The notes below the pieces were generated by a model. It ran no database searches. It worked only from the letters and a program-made list of their open reading frames with translations, and was not told the DNA's origin. Positions 37,171 through 48,690 of a DNA stretch of 64,000 nt are shown piece by piece; the first letter of the stretch is position 1; each line of letters opens with the position of its first letter. Location: contig KB301608.1 in the NCBI GenBank assembly GCA_000328365.1, forward strand, positions 59,525 through 123,524, written 5' to 3'. This DNA is from Capitella teleta (lineage: Eukaryota). The position numbers and the translations under genes were made by a program.

Positions 37171-40100
37171 TTGATTGCTCTCCGACCTTTTCCTTTGCAT
37201 TCCTGTAAACTTCACTCTCTGCGCTTTCATTGATGGCTTGCTGGAGGCAGAGTTGAGGAAACCTGAAGAAGGAAAGTCGTTTTCTTTCCTTATCTGAGGT
37301 TACACATTTTCACCGTGATAATATGTGCACATTGCTGCTGATGAATGTGAGGAAGGCTTGCGTACGAGGAGTGGCCAAAATGCGTGCTTTCTCTCTTTCT
37401 TGTGCTTTGCTGGCTTTCGGCGTCTGCAGGTGGAAATCTTCCAAAAGATCACTCGCCATTCCAAGGACGCATTTGGCTTCAATGAAGCGGAGGTCAGAGA
37501 GGATGTCGTAGAGTTCCGTGTATTCAGCAGCGCAACACTGAAGGAAGGAGGTCAGGTCAAGAGGTCATGATTCGCTAAATATTCACCAAGTGATGAGGCA
37601 GCTGAGCAAACGCCGCTCGCGTTTTCCCGTTCCATGTACGATCGAAATTCGGATCAGCCATTGAGTAATAATACGCTGCTATCACTGAGTGAATGGTCTG
37701 TTCAAGGTCATTGGAGGTCAAGTAGCGCTGACGGACAGCTTGGCAGATGTCTCCGTGACCCAAGTTCAGAAGATGGCTGATGAAAGGAAGAAATTACGAT
37801 CGCTTGAAAGCAAAAGAGGAAACTCACTTGTCACCAGAGGTGGGACGCATGAAACAGGCGAGCGACCTCAGAATTCGCGAGAATTTTGCTCTGGGCATCA
37901 AGCACTCAGGCTTCAAGAAGACGTTCGCCACATCTGAGAGACGCATTTTCTCTCTTCCAAACATCTCCTGCAAACTGAGCAAGTGATGTAGGTCACTTTC
38001 CGTGAGACCTGCAAGAGGAGACATGTGATTTTGACAAAGCACAAACATTGCTTACCGCTGCGTGAACACAGCAGGAAGAGGAGAGACGAAGCAATGATCT
38101 TGGGGTCATGATCAGACTCCAGTCTGCAGAGGACGTCCCTCAGCAACAGAGGAAGCGTGTGAGGCATTGATCGCAACTTCGCTGAAATCTGAGAGGAAAT
38201 TAAAAGTGAAGGTTATGAATGAGGAAGCATACCTCTTCATAAACACCAAACACGCGAAGTTCCTCACAGGCCAGAGAGAGGAAAAGAGGAAGATTGGCTT
38301 CCCGTTTGGCCAGCAACAATTTCATCTGCAGAGAAATGAATCCCTGAGGCATGAATACGTGTAAGAAGCAGGTGTACCTGGTTGTTGAATGCAGACTCAT
38401 CCAACTGCTTGCGATGACGAGCTAGGTTCTCACGAACGACTAAAGCTTTCTCCCACATGTCCAGAGGCCCCACCTGAATCAAGTGATGCTCCCGTCTCAG
38501 AAGAGAAGAGTACGTGTCAGTTCTCTCCTTTGAGCTGATCACAAACACCACATTCTGCAGATTATATAATTACTCCGCTGACTCAATCGAAAGAGGAAGG
38601 CCGACCTGTGGTAACTCCTTCGGAAGCCACTCCATGTTGCGAGCGTGATGCACGTCATCCAACAGATCAACTCCGTCCATGAACAGCACGAGAGGGGAGC
38701 TGCACATGCTTGCTGCTTCCGTGAGACACTCTGCAAACACAGTAACCAAATTCCTAGGGAACAAACGATTAAAATAAAATAAATGTTAGATTTGTGATGC
38801 TTACTTGAATTCTTGTGGGATGTCTTTGTTCAAAGCGAAACGTCGAATGAGCTCCGAGCAGAGTTGACGCAGAATGGCAATGACGTTGGCTGATCCAGGC
38901 GCAGCACCCACGAAATGAACAAGGGTGCAAAGCGCACTGGAACAGACGGAGGGGGAGGAGGCATACTCCTGCACCAGTGAGGCCTTTTGAAGAAGATATT
39001 AAAATATAATAAAGACTTCAGACTCAACCGAACCATCAATGCTGATTTTCCACAGCCAGGTTTGCCAATCAGAAGCAGCAATTGATGCTTGTTCTCCTTC
39101 AGAGCAGACAAGCACTGCTTCAACAGCGGACTGCGACCAACAAAGTTGTCTCGCAGTCTGCTGCCGTGCGCGTGATGTAACCCACTGGTGTGGATGACTT
39201 CGTCCACAAGACCGTCCTGCAAGAGGAAGTTGAAGGAGGAGAAGGAAAAAATGAAGGAAACAAACCTCAACGGGATAAAACTTCTGCAGAGCATTCCACA
39301 GATTATTCAGCACCCTGGATGCAAAGCTCTCAAGACCGGCCATGATGGGCTTGCCGTCCACTACGCCACCCCAGCGACACGGGTAGCTATTAAAGAAGAA
39401 TGAAACCCATGCTGTTATAATTCAGACTTACTTTTCATAAACTTCAAGGCCGCTGCTACGAATCTTTGACTTCAGTTTGTGGATTTTATCGGCGTTTGAT
39501 GAACTTTCAGCTTTGAAATCTTGCTGCCAGAATTTTGGAATTTCCCTGCGGTGTTACAATCACATGAAACGGAGCAGACGCATGAGTTTCTTCTTACGTT
39601 TCAAAAGTTGAATCTCTGAAGAAAAGGAAGGCCTTCTCGCGCATCTCGTCAACCTGAGAGAGAGCGCCCGCCTCGATTTCCAATTCCGTCACGGATGACC
39701 CAGATAAATGCCTCAAATAGTCAAACTGAGGCTCCGATGGAAAATCCGCTGCATCAGGAATCCAGCCGTAACGCTCACCTAACATTCCAACAAAGAATTG
39801 GCATGACGCCAATTCCTGTAAGCACAACTCCAGAGCTCTGCAAGAATAGAAATGGTACAGGAAAAATGAGGCATCAAGGGTGACCGTACTTGCTGTTGGT
39901 GGCGTCCTCTTCAGTGATCCCCCAACGCAAATCAACCTCATAAACATTGAGGAATCGCTTCTCAGCTCTGGAACGCAATTCCGGGAAAACAAATCGCGTG
40001 AGGAGATCCCGTTCACCATGCATGTCACGGAATGTTGATGAGATGAAAACGCGCGCAGTTCTCCACCTGAAAATAAAAATAGCATTAGATTCAGAGAGCA

Positions 40101-43100
40101 CTGTGAGGATTCACAAACTGAGGCACAGGATTAGGGAGGGGGAGGGGGGTTTCCATGGCGGGGATGGCGACGGTTTTCTTCTGAGCCACTACGTCTTTCA
40201 GAGAGTACGCTTTGTCGATGTTCTCGACATGCAGTAACTGCCCAGTGTCTCCTCTCTCGGCAATGAAACTGCACACTGGAATGAATGAATTTCCAAATAA
40301 AATGAAGGAAATATTCCATACCGAAGGATTTGGTCACTGTACCCAGCGATTGAGATATCGTTGGGGTGTCCGCTGCTCATTTTAGCGTCAACACTTAGAA
40401 GAATTATAATAAATTATGGTAATTTAGAGAGGTTAAAGTTCAAACTCACCCAGCGGTTCCTCCACTGAGGTCAATGTTAGCAAAGAGGAGGTCTGGATTG
40501 ACCATGACGCGGTACTTCTTCAAGAAATCCTGGACGATCCGACCTTCCTCTGACCTCATCTTCAACCCAGCACTCAGTATGATCAAATTCTCAATCTGCA
40601 AAATTGAACAAAATGCACAAATTCTTGGCTGGACTTCCACGCAGAATACCTTTGATCGATCCTTGAGGATGTTTGTGAGGATATCGTTGGGAAAAGGAAA
40701 CGGCCTGGCACTACCAGAATTCAACAGGGTTTGCAGTCTAATAACACTCTCCATGTTATCAAGAATCGTTCCCTTCTCCAGATCAACAGTTCTGTGATCA
40801 GACGAACCGTACACAATCATTGAGCACTCCTCGCAAGAGTGCTTGCACATCAAACCCAAGAGAACGCCAACTTCCATCAACTGTGAAACAAACGTCACAA
40901 GAAGCCATTTAAAAAAAATCAATCCTCACATTTCTGGGTTTGCCGAGGCCTCGTCCTGAAGTGCACGGCTGCAACATGGCTGATGTCAAATCACACAGAA
41001 TGATGGTTGTGCCACGGATCGGGGTGATGTTGAAGGTGGTCGCAATCTTCACTGATGTGTCCAGAGCTTTCTTGTAGCGCTTCAGGACATCTGGATCATA
41101 CTCAACAGCACTGTCAAGGGGGAAGGACGGTAAGTGTATGGTGAATTCAAGTAGGAGCTTACACCACAGGTTTTGCACTTCTTCCTCCCCTCCCTCCTCC
41201 CCTTCCTCCTCTTCCTCCTCTTCCACGTCCACGCCCTTGGTTTGAGGACTCTACTTCACACTTCGGATTCATCAATTGCTCAACTAGAGTATTATAAAGC
41301 AATGAGTGAAAGGAGAAAGAGAAATGTGTGCTCACGGTTCACTTCATATTCCTTTTCAAGCTCACTTAGAACCTCGTAAGCAGAGAAGAAACGAAATGGA
41401 AATTGTCTGCTGTTAACAACCGCCCCCTTTATTGTGGGCAATAATTAAGACATTGCAAAATGAGGTATGGGTTTACGTACCTCATCTGTGAGTTTACGGA
41501 GGACTAAGTTGTGGTGTTTGGTGGAGATGCCTGCTTTGATCATATTGCGCAGGTTTCTCAACATTGCCATGAAAGGGAGCTTTTTGTGGTCTGAATAAAT
41601 GAATGTAAAGGTGATTTTTATCTTCCTGGATAATGAGGTTACCCAGAAGGGCTTCCCAGGTGGACGCTTTGTTGCCTTTCATCGCAACTTGCGTCTCCCA
41701 TGTCTCAGGAATCGGCAGTTTCATCCTCTTCCCCGCCAACATTTCATCCCAAATTCCTGGCAGTCGAGATTTGTAGAACTCTTCAGGTGTTTCAGGATAT
41801 CTTGAAGTAATCGAGATGGCTGACTGAATCGTACGACAGAGAGAGGTCATTCACCTTTTGCCAATCAGACTCATGACATGCTCAACGGGTTCAGTGATGT
41901 GCAGTTTACGAATCAGTTGTTTGATGGTAAACCTCTGCTGCTGCAGGTCTTCATCAGGTTCAGATCCAACTGAGAAGGAGAACTTCACCAAATCTGTTTT
42001 CTCTGCTGTTTCATCGTCAGACGAATCCGATGAGGACGAACTGGTGTCGATTTCATGCACTTCATTGGAAGGTGATGACGGAGACAATATAATACGTAAA
42101 CAACTTACTACTACCTTCAAAACGACCCCTGCCACGACCTATACCTCGACCTCTGCCACGACCTCCTCGGGCTCCACCTCGACCTCTGCCACGAGCAGAC
42201 TGATTTGATCCACCGGATTTCTTGTCTTTCTTCTGCTTCTTCTTAATTGAAGATTCTTTATTATACTTGGCTGCAAAAAAGACAATAAAATGATGAATCT
42301 CATTTAAACAAGACATCCCTTACCAAGTTGATACTTGTCAAATTCAGGAAATTTAGCAACCATAGCACGACGCAGTGCAGATGGAATTGAACCAGAGGCG
42401 ATGGTCTTGTCATGGAACACCTTGAAAGAGGTTTCAATTGATGAAATTTAAGGGTAAAGAGAATGCTCACTTGATACTGTTCTGCAACATCAATCCAGTC
42501 GGACGGCAGACGAATGGAAGCTGAGAAATACTTGCGCATGAACGAACGACAGTTTGGGCGATTGGAGGCGTAGGCCAGGAGGAAGTTGGCGGTGCTTCGG
42601 ATGTTAAGTTCGCATCGGGTGTACAGTGCAACCTGCAAACCATAAAAAAAACTTTCAATGAAACCTTGATTGAGATCCTAAATTACCTTCAGAATGAATT
42701 CTGCGTCATGATCGTAAACTGAATCTGCCGCAGATATGAAATCGAGGCGAGCAGAGTCGGTTGCATTTTTGAAGTCTGGGGCTCGGATGAGGGACGCACT
42801 GATGACGTTGATAAATCCTTGCTGTAGGATGTATCAGCGTGAGGGGGAATTTATATTTTTTGCCAAGCGATATTCACCTTGACTGAGTGCACATCACTCA
42901 GGGGTCGATTCAAGGTTAAAATATCAGCCTCAGGTGGCAAAAAGTTGGGAATTTCAATGACTTCTTGGTCAACATCGTGATCTAAAGTGTAGACAGGAAT
43001 CTCACAATTGTTGGATTCTTGGTCGTAATCGTTTTGGGAAACCAATTTCGGATCAGATATGACTTTAAATTTTTTCTTCGGTTTTTTCTTCGTCTTTTCA

Positions 43101-43636
43101 GATTTGATTAAAGTCGATGGGGAAGGGACAGAGGTTTTGCTTAGGGAGATTGATGATTTGGTCTCCAAGGGTTTCACTGAACTTTTGAGGAGGGAGTTTG
43201 TGGAGGGGAGGATTGAGCGTAGGGAAGGGTTAGGTGAAGAGAGGAGAGATGAGGTCAGGGAGGGTTTGGACAGGGTTAGCAGGGAGTGGGGGGATTTGCA
43301 CGAAACGTGCGAGGGAGAAGTCTGAGCAATTCGGCGAGGTTCTGTAGAAATTCTGGAAAGCTTCGAGGAGGGAAGCGATGAGGACTGGGTGGTCAAGATA
43401 GAAGACGTGAGGTTAGGAGAGGTCAAGGAAAATGATGAGGTCAACTTGGGCTTCGTATTTGAGATATTTGCCAAGAGATTTGATTGAAGTTGCCTAGTTG
43501 CTGCAAGGAGGGAATAAAGTTAGAAATACGAGTGGGTCAATTTGATGTGGACGCTAACTCACAGGTTTGAAGAGAAGACGTGAGAGGGAGACCAGACTTC
43601 AGAGTAGGGCCAGAAAAAGAATCCATCTTGAAGCAT
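33152..43636 (-). CDS. TEP1: telomerase protein component 1 / vault-associated TEP1 ortholog, gene-level span, many exons
   Basis: Ordered blocks on the minus strand match human TEP1. TROVE-region matches are 'FMRKYFSASIRLPSDWIDVAEQYQ' (human 'LRRYFCAIVQLPSDWIQVAELYQ'), 'DHDAEFILK' (human 'LEPEFILK'), and 'GKRMKLPIPETWETQVAMKGNKASTWEAL' (human 'AGKRMKLSRPETWERELSLRGNKASVWEEL'). The DUF4062 block 'RVFISSTFRDMHGERDLL...VDLRWGITEE...FVGMLGERYGWIP' matches human 'RLFISSTFRDMHGERDLL...IDLRWGVTEE...FVGILGSRYGYIP'. The NACHT Walker A motif is 'LLLIGKPGCGKSALM'. The C-terminal half has many WD40 repeats ('SADGTLKLW', 'DEKIKLID', 'AIRMWDV', 'LDGEVKLWS', 'KTLSLWSL'). Confidence 0.85.
37180..39294 (-). 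CDS. TEP1: TEP1 NACHT NTPase exon block (Walker A GKPGCGKS near 39050)
   Basis: 'QLLLLIGKPGCGKSALMVRLSL' is a P-loop. Downstream ORF fragments include 'LVLFMDGVDLLDD' (Walker B-like hhhhDG-D) and helical NACHT-associated regions. Confidence 0.6.
39594..40101 (-). CDS. TEP1: TEP1 DUF4062 exon block
   Basis: 'RVFISSTFRDMHGERDLLTRFVFPELRSRAEKRFLNVYEVDLRWGITEEDATN' and 'CQFFVGMLGERYGWIPDAADFP' are near-identical to the human TEP1 motifs I recall. Confidence 0.7.
40446..41232 (-). CDS. TEP1: TEP1 TROVE C-terminal part and vWA-like exon block
   Basis: ORF-track ORFs 40909-41232 and 40446-40922 on the minus strand. The first is 'EEEEEEEGEEGGEEEVQNLWCKLLLEFTIHLPSF...ITPIRGTTIILCDLTSAM...'. The second is '...FANIDLSGGTAG'. 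Confidence 0.5.
41482..42830 (-). CDS. TEP1: TEP1 TROVE-region exon block (several exons, e.g. 42692-42830, 42472-42638, 42300-42420, ~42108-42272, ~41851-42075, 41482-~41815)
   Basis: Matches to the human TEP1 TROVE region are listed in the gene-level entry. The block includes an RG/RGG-rich insertion 'ARGRGRGGARGGRGRGRGIGRGRGR' and an acidic/Ser-rich segment. Confidence 0.6.
42878..43493 (-). CDS. TEP1: TEP1 exon 2 (Ser/Leu-rich low-complexity N-terminal region)
   Basis: Long ORF (42851-43474 in the ORF track) with a donor AAG|gtgaat at ~42877. It encodes S/T/L-rich imperfect repeats and then 'DHDVDQEVIEIPNFLPPEADILTLNRPLSD'. Confidence 0.5.
43563..43636 (-). CDS. TEP1: TEP1 putative first coding exon (ATG 43636-43634)
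   Basis: 'MLQDGFFFWPYSEVWSPSHVFSSNL', donor CT|gtgagt, then acceptor caactag| into the next exon in a consistent phase. The start codon assignment is an inference. Confidence 0.35.
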
Positions 43637-45092
43637 GGATCTCCTTTAGCTCAATCTGTAATCTGTCACTCTGTAAAGAATCAACAGTCATCAGGGTTGA
43701 TATTAATCAGTATTTATAAGAATATTAATCAGAAATTACAGGTCAAAATTTTATCAACATTGGCTAATACTGTAGAACAGAAAATTTCTGCTGACTGCAA
43801 ATTTCGCGGTTTTATGGCTCTGGCCTTTATTCACGGCACCAAAAATTAACATCACATATATGCCAACACTCCGTTTTTGACCCGGAGACTCAGTTTTTAT
43901 ACCCCCTGTCCGGTTTTGCATAAGTCTCCGGTTGGATCCGGTTTTCATAAATTTCTTTGTTTTATAATCTTTTCCTTTAATTAAAATCCCTGCAGCTTCG
44001 TTTCCCGTTCAATTTCTCGTTGTAATCTTATGTGGCTGTGTGTGATTGCTCCATGTTCTTCAGCGTTCCGAAGCTACGACCAATCAGATACTCCCTTTCA
44101 TTATATGCTCAGCTTGTTCACTTATGTTAGTTATGTGGATTATTTGTATCAAAATTCCGGGTTAAAAACTCTAAAGTTTGAACCATTTCGTGCTTCCTGA
44201 TGCCATCCCTAGCCACTAAAATACGAAAATTTTCCCTGCGGGGCCATATGGTATAATGGAGGGGGCCACACCCTCCCTCATCCACCCCCATCAGTGATTT
44301 CCTTTATCTCCAGTTTTGCCAAAATGTTGGCATGTATGACACCATGTACATATATGATATATCATGTGATTCAATGTTTGATATCATAAAATATCAACAC
44401 GAAGTGATGAACAAATGATACTGATAGGCCTATATTATTATTAGTATATAATATATCATAAATTATCATATCCATATGACATATCATATGTCATGACCTC
44501 TAACAAGCTAATATTCATCCTGGAAATTTGATTAGGATATCATTGAGTTGATAATATCTTACCAGTCAATCAGGGATGACAATATGAAATTGCCATTCTC
44601 TAAAGAATGCAACTTTGCAACAAAATGTGCAATCCTTGCAAAGTTCTGGAAATGGTTGCCAACAACTCGCAATGAATGGTACGTTGTGAAAACTGCTTCG
44701 ACGGTGAATTCCAACTATTCATAACGCACTTATTCAACAATTCATTGCGTAGTCGTACAATTTGTAAAGGTGAAAAAAAAAAAGAGAAGATTACATTAAT
44801 GAAATAATTAATTGAAAAAAAAAATCGCACAGAATGATATAGCCTACTTTTGCAGGCAATATTCAACTGCTAATCATTGATTGTCATTCCTGGACCTGGG
44901 GTCTATTCTTTCGGGCACGGACTAATAGCGTCGGAACTATTCTTCTAGGCGCGGATTAATAGCTTCGGATATTGGATACAAAATGGCGGCAAAAATATTT
45001 ATGGATACTTTGAATGCGTTATGATTATTCGACAGAGGGAGCTGACACTCCGTTTCCTGTTCTATGGTCGCCGTCAGCGTTAAATCTTCAAC

Positions 45093-45152
45093 ATGGGTTT
45101 TATCGACAATTTAGACTTTCTCGACGATGTTCGGCGGATGAATAAACGCCAG
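45093..45152 (+). CDS. SEC11A: SEC11 exon 1
   Basis: ATG in an acATGG context, donor CAG|gtctga. The exon encodes '[20 protein letters not shown]' (human '...DIFGDLKKMNKRQ'). Confidence 0.75.
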
Positions 45153-46572
45153 GTCTGATTCATAATGCGGGAGTTTAACCTTTTTTTTTCTTGTTAGCAA
45201 TCACTTGCATAAGCGCTTAAAAATTCCTCATCGGCGCATAACATATGCTTTGTTTTCAGCTTGAAGAGCTTCTCATAATTCTAGTTCAACTGTCAATCAT
45301 AATTATCTATAAGGCTGAGTAAAGTTCTACAGTAATTGACAAACGATAAGGAAGCGATGAGCCCACTGACTCATGAGCCAGGCTTGTCTCGTTCCAGGAC
45401 TCCTATTGCTACAAGGCATCACCCCCACAGATTATGGCTACAGAATCATGAGAATGTAGCTAGAGCCTAGCTGCATTCTGTAGCCATAATCTGTGGGGAT
45501 GATTATCAATATCTAATTATCAATATAGAGGCTTTGAACGAGATTATCATGAGCCCAGTGTGAAAACTGGTCATGTCATGATTCACACAATCACAGAACA
45601 AATATAACAGTAATGATTGCAAAGAGAGGCTCTGTCAAATTATTATTCTGTGTGCTACCATCTATGATATAATATATGATGATAGAATCCATGCAAGAAT
45701 CCTTGGTATCCAGTGATGAAAACTAGAAACCATGGTGGACAGAAGCACCTTTGTTCCAGGCTTCTGACCTGCAATATCCTCTCATGCCTAATGTATCTTC
45801 TATTATTGCATTCTGCTGACATGTTCACCATATCCATATCTTCATTCTCTTCACAGCTGTATTATCAAGTGTTGAACTTTGGCATGATAGTTTCGTCCGC
45901 TCTCATGATATGGAAAGGGCTGATGGTCGTCACGGGCAGTGAGAGTCCAATTGTGGTGGTACTGAGGTATGCTTCCCCGCTCACTCTGCTGCTGTGTGTT
46001 CATCTGTGCTTTCAGTGGTAGTATGGAGCCAGCGTTCTTCCGTGGAGATCTCCTTTTCCTCACCAATTACAAAGAGGAGCCAATCCGCGTTGGAGAAATC
46101 GTTGTATTCAAAGTGGAAGGTCGAGAGATTCCGATTGTTCACCGAGTGCTCAAGGTCCATGAAAAGTCAGTTTGCTTTGCTTTTATTTTGCTTTTCATTC
46201 TGGGTTCTCTTTTGCTTCTTAGAGAGGATGGCTCCGTGAAGTTCCTCACGAAGGGGGATAATAACCAGGTCGATGACCGGGGCTTGTATGCCGCTGGACA
46301 GCACTGGCTGCAGAAGAAGGATGTTGTTGGTCGAGCCAGGGGGTCAGTTTATTAACCAATTGGAATCATTGATTTGTAGTAATATTCTTCTTCTTTTCAG
46401 ATATGTGCCCTATGTTGGAACAGTAACCATATTAATGAATGATTATCCAAAATTCAAGGTTAGTTTATTAATAATATATTCACTTGACTGAATTTTATGC
46501 ATTTTTTTTTTTTTTTTCCAGTATTTGATATTGGCATCTTTAGGAATATTCGTCCTTATTCATAGAGAATAA
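45093..46572 (+). CDS. SEC11A: signal peptidase complex catalytic subunit SEC11 ortholog, gene-level span. Six exons: 45093-45152, 45857-45966, 46016-46165, 46223-46342, 46401-46458, 46522-46572.
   Basis: The six exons have consistent phases and give 182 aa: '[20 protein letters not shown]|[162 protein letters not shown]'. This is close to full-length colinear with SEC11A/C, including the catalytic 'SGSMEP' serine. Confidence 0.85.
45360..45560. mobile_element. Short palindromic (hairpin) MITE-like element in SEC11 intron 1
   Basis: The inverted arms cccacagattatggctacagaat (45424-45447) and attctgtagccataatctgtgggg (45475-45498) are separated by a loop. The ctcatgagcc motif flanks both sides. 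A related copy is present at 46993-47045. Confidence 0.45.
45857..45966 (+). CDS. SEC11A: SEC11 exon 2
   Basis: Acceptor tcacag|, donor GAG|gtatgc, ending in phase 2. Confidence 0.8.
46016..46165 (+). CDS. SEC11A: SEC11 exon 3 (catalytic Ser in SGSMEP)
   Basis: Acceptor ttcag|TGGTAG, donor AA|gtcagt. Confidence 0.8.
46223..46342 (+). CDS. SEC11A: SEC11 exon 4
   Basis: Acceptor cttag|, donor GG|gtcagt. The exon encodes '[22 protein letters not shown]...'. Confidence 0.8.
46401..46458 (+). CDS. SEC11A: SEC11 exon 5
   Basis: Acceptor ttttcag|, donor AAG|gttagt. The exon encodes '[19 protein letters not shown]'. Confidence 0.8.
46522..46572 (+). CDS. SEC11A: SEC11 terminal exon (stop TAA 46570-46572)
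   Basis: The acceptor follows a T17 tract. The exon encodes '[16 protein letters not shown]'. Confidence 0.75.
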   Translation, partial: YLILASLGIFVLIHRE

Positions 46573-46992
46573 CCCTTTCTACATCAAAATTAAAATAAGA
46601 AATGATATTTCTGAATGGAATTCATTCACATGTGCGTGTGCATTATTATTTTTTCTTTCTCATGTTGTGTTTGATATAAGAATATAAATGATAAAAATGC
46701 CATTATTTCCTAAAACAGATTTAATGTGTTTCATGAATTATTTGTGTTTAAATCTTGATCTTTTATTTTCATCGGATGTATGTTTTTTCTCCTGCGTTGG
46801 TATGGTGGCTGAATGTTTCTCCTTTTAATTATTCTCTTCTTTTTTTTTCTCTTCTGAATGTTGGCTTCCTTTTTGGAGGCTCAGAGTGGCCAATAAACAT
46901 TTATATTGTCTCTGCGTTATTCGTTCATCAGTTATTTTATTCTTATCTTACGAGCCCATAATTAATTTGTTTTGAAGATTTTGTCAGTAGTT

Positions 46993-47045
46993 GATTAACC
47001 CCATATAGCCATAATGTGTGGGGATTAATTATCAATATAGTCTAG
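46993..47045. repeat. Second, partial copy of the SEC11-intron palindromic element, downstream of SEC11
   Basis: ccatatagccataatgtgtggggattaattatcaatatagtctag resembles the 45480-45530 segment gtagccataatctgtggggatgattatcaatatctaattatcaatatagaggc. Confidence 0.4.
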
Positions 47046-48089
47046 AAACGAAATAAGATGTTGATTAGGTTTTTCACAATCTCATCTCTATTTTGTATCT
47101 TTGGTTGATTATGTAAATGATAAACATGTCCATGTTATATTTTGATACAATATTGAAAATTCTGACTTTCGAAAATAATGCTTTGCGGCGAAGAGTTGTG
47201 AATTGGTGAATTGTAAGAATGATTCCCGGTATCATAACGTACTATGAAGGCTCATTTGGTAATCATAACGCATTACTCTGAATTCGTACTATTGTTTAAA
47301 TTCACATAAACCATTATTAATTCCATATAATTTTGTTTTTCTCTAAATTGTAATAAATGTAATAATTTTATTATGTTTTGAGCCATTTGCACTTAATCAA
47401 GCCGCGTACGAAACTAAATCTCAATGCTGAGTGCTGTACGACGTCAATATGCAGTCGTAGTTTCGATACATCTCAATAGAATCAACGTTCGCCCCTCACT
47501 ATTTTTCCTTTCAATTATTTGGCAAGGGACTAAATGCCGTGACACTCATCTCTTGAAGCGTCTGAAATTGACGGTTGGTTGGTTATATACTGTCTAGAAG
47601 ACTGCATATGTATTCCATGTAACCAGAGCCCACTGATAAGACTCCTGTGGTGGTTGAGTAATCATTATCATGTAATGAGTGTTCAGCAATCAGTGTACTC
47701 ACAGTAATCAGTAATAGCTCCCCAAGCCGTAGCGAGGTGTGTGAGAACTACTCCGCTACCCTTGGGGAGCTATCACAGTAACTACTGTACTGTACTCGGA
47801 GTACTGTAGTACAGTACTGAGTGAGTGAGTACGGTACAGTGTGTACATAGCTGACTGGCTGACATACTACAGTGAGCCACTGAAAGAGGTACATAGACCT
47901 TGCCCGATTTAACTGTGCTGACGGTACGTAGTCTTCAGGCCAGTCATTGTAGTACACACTACGCACTCAGACACACTGACTATGATTCACTGACTGATAG
48001 TCTGTCATTCTGTGAGTGTAGTACTATAAAAGTTAATACTTGTCCTGTGAATCATGACCCGCTTGCTACACAGGGAGCATTTCCAGAGC

Positions 48090-48600
48090 ACTTTCAGACA
48101 GGGATGTGATTGTTTTGTCTTGGTTGGCCACGAAGGTGATCAGTTTTTGTGGACTCGAAACAGATCACCTTCGCGAATTTTTTTTTTTGCGAAATTTTGC
48201 ATTTTCACACTTTTGCGTGAATTATATGTGTCACAAGGGACCCTAAAGCGCAGGTTTGTGCATCATGTGAACCTGCTTCCAAAAAAGAACCCATTGACAC
48301 CAAATTTGCCCAGATTAGAGACATTGAGTGAATCAGCAGCACCTTGCGGTTGCGCTGACCAGTGACTCCATCGTTTACCGTGATTTACACCTTCATCGGG
48401 AATGCGGAGCTTCTTGTAAACTGGATTACTTATGTATTTTCTATCAATGGCTACCGAACATTCGCCCATCAAGCACCCATCCTTTGGAACCGATTACCTT
48501 CCAACCTACAGAACAAGCAATCGCTTGATGCTTTTAAAGCCCAACTTAAGACTTACTATTTTAACATTGCATTTTCTAGTATTTAATGATTTTCCTTTTT
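48090..48600 (+). mobile_element. Probable SINE/retroposon-derived segment with a conserved tail-ORF motif
   Basis: ORF 48362-48586 ends '...FAHQAPILWNRLPSNLQNKQSLDAFKAQLKTYYFNIAF'. The motif A-P-x-L-W-N-x-L-P...F-K-x-x-L-K-T-x-x-F recurs in gene predictions derived from interspersed repeats in many fish and invertebrate genomes. Upstream there is a T12 tract and an inverted repeat, gaaggtgatc...gatcaccttcg. The family assignment is uncertain. Confidence 0.3.
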
Positions 48601-48665
48601 ATCTCTGTTTGTACAGCGCATTTGAATGTTCTTTGATATTGCTGAAAATGCGTTTTAAATGTAAT

Positions 48666-48690
48666 AAATGAAATGAAATGAAATGAAATG
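48666..48690. repeat. (AATGA)5 microsatellite
   Basis: Seen directly in the sequence. Confidence 0.85.

Noticed and set aside
47690-48010. A palindromic segment (agctccccaag...cttggggagct) and (TACTG/ACAGT)-rich low complexity were considered as a tRNA or ncRNA candidate.
   Set aside because: It has no tRNA cloverleaf features such as a GTTCGA T-loop or an anticodon-stem arrangement. It is most likely low-complexity or repeat sequence.
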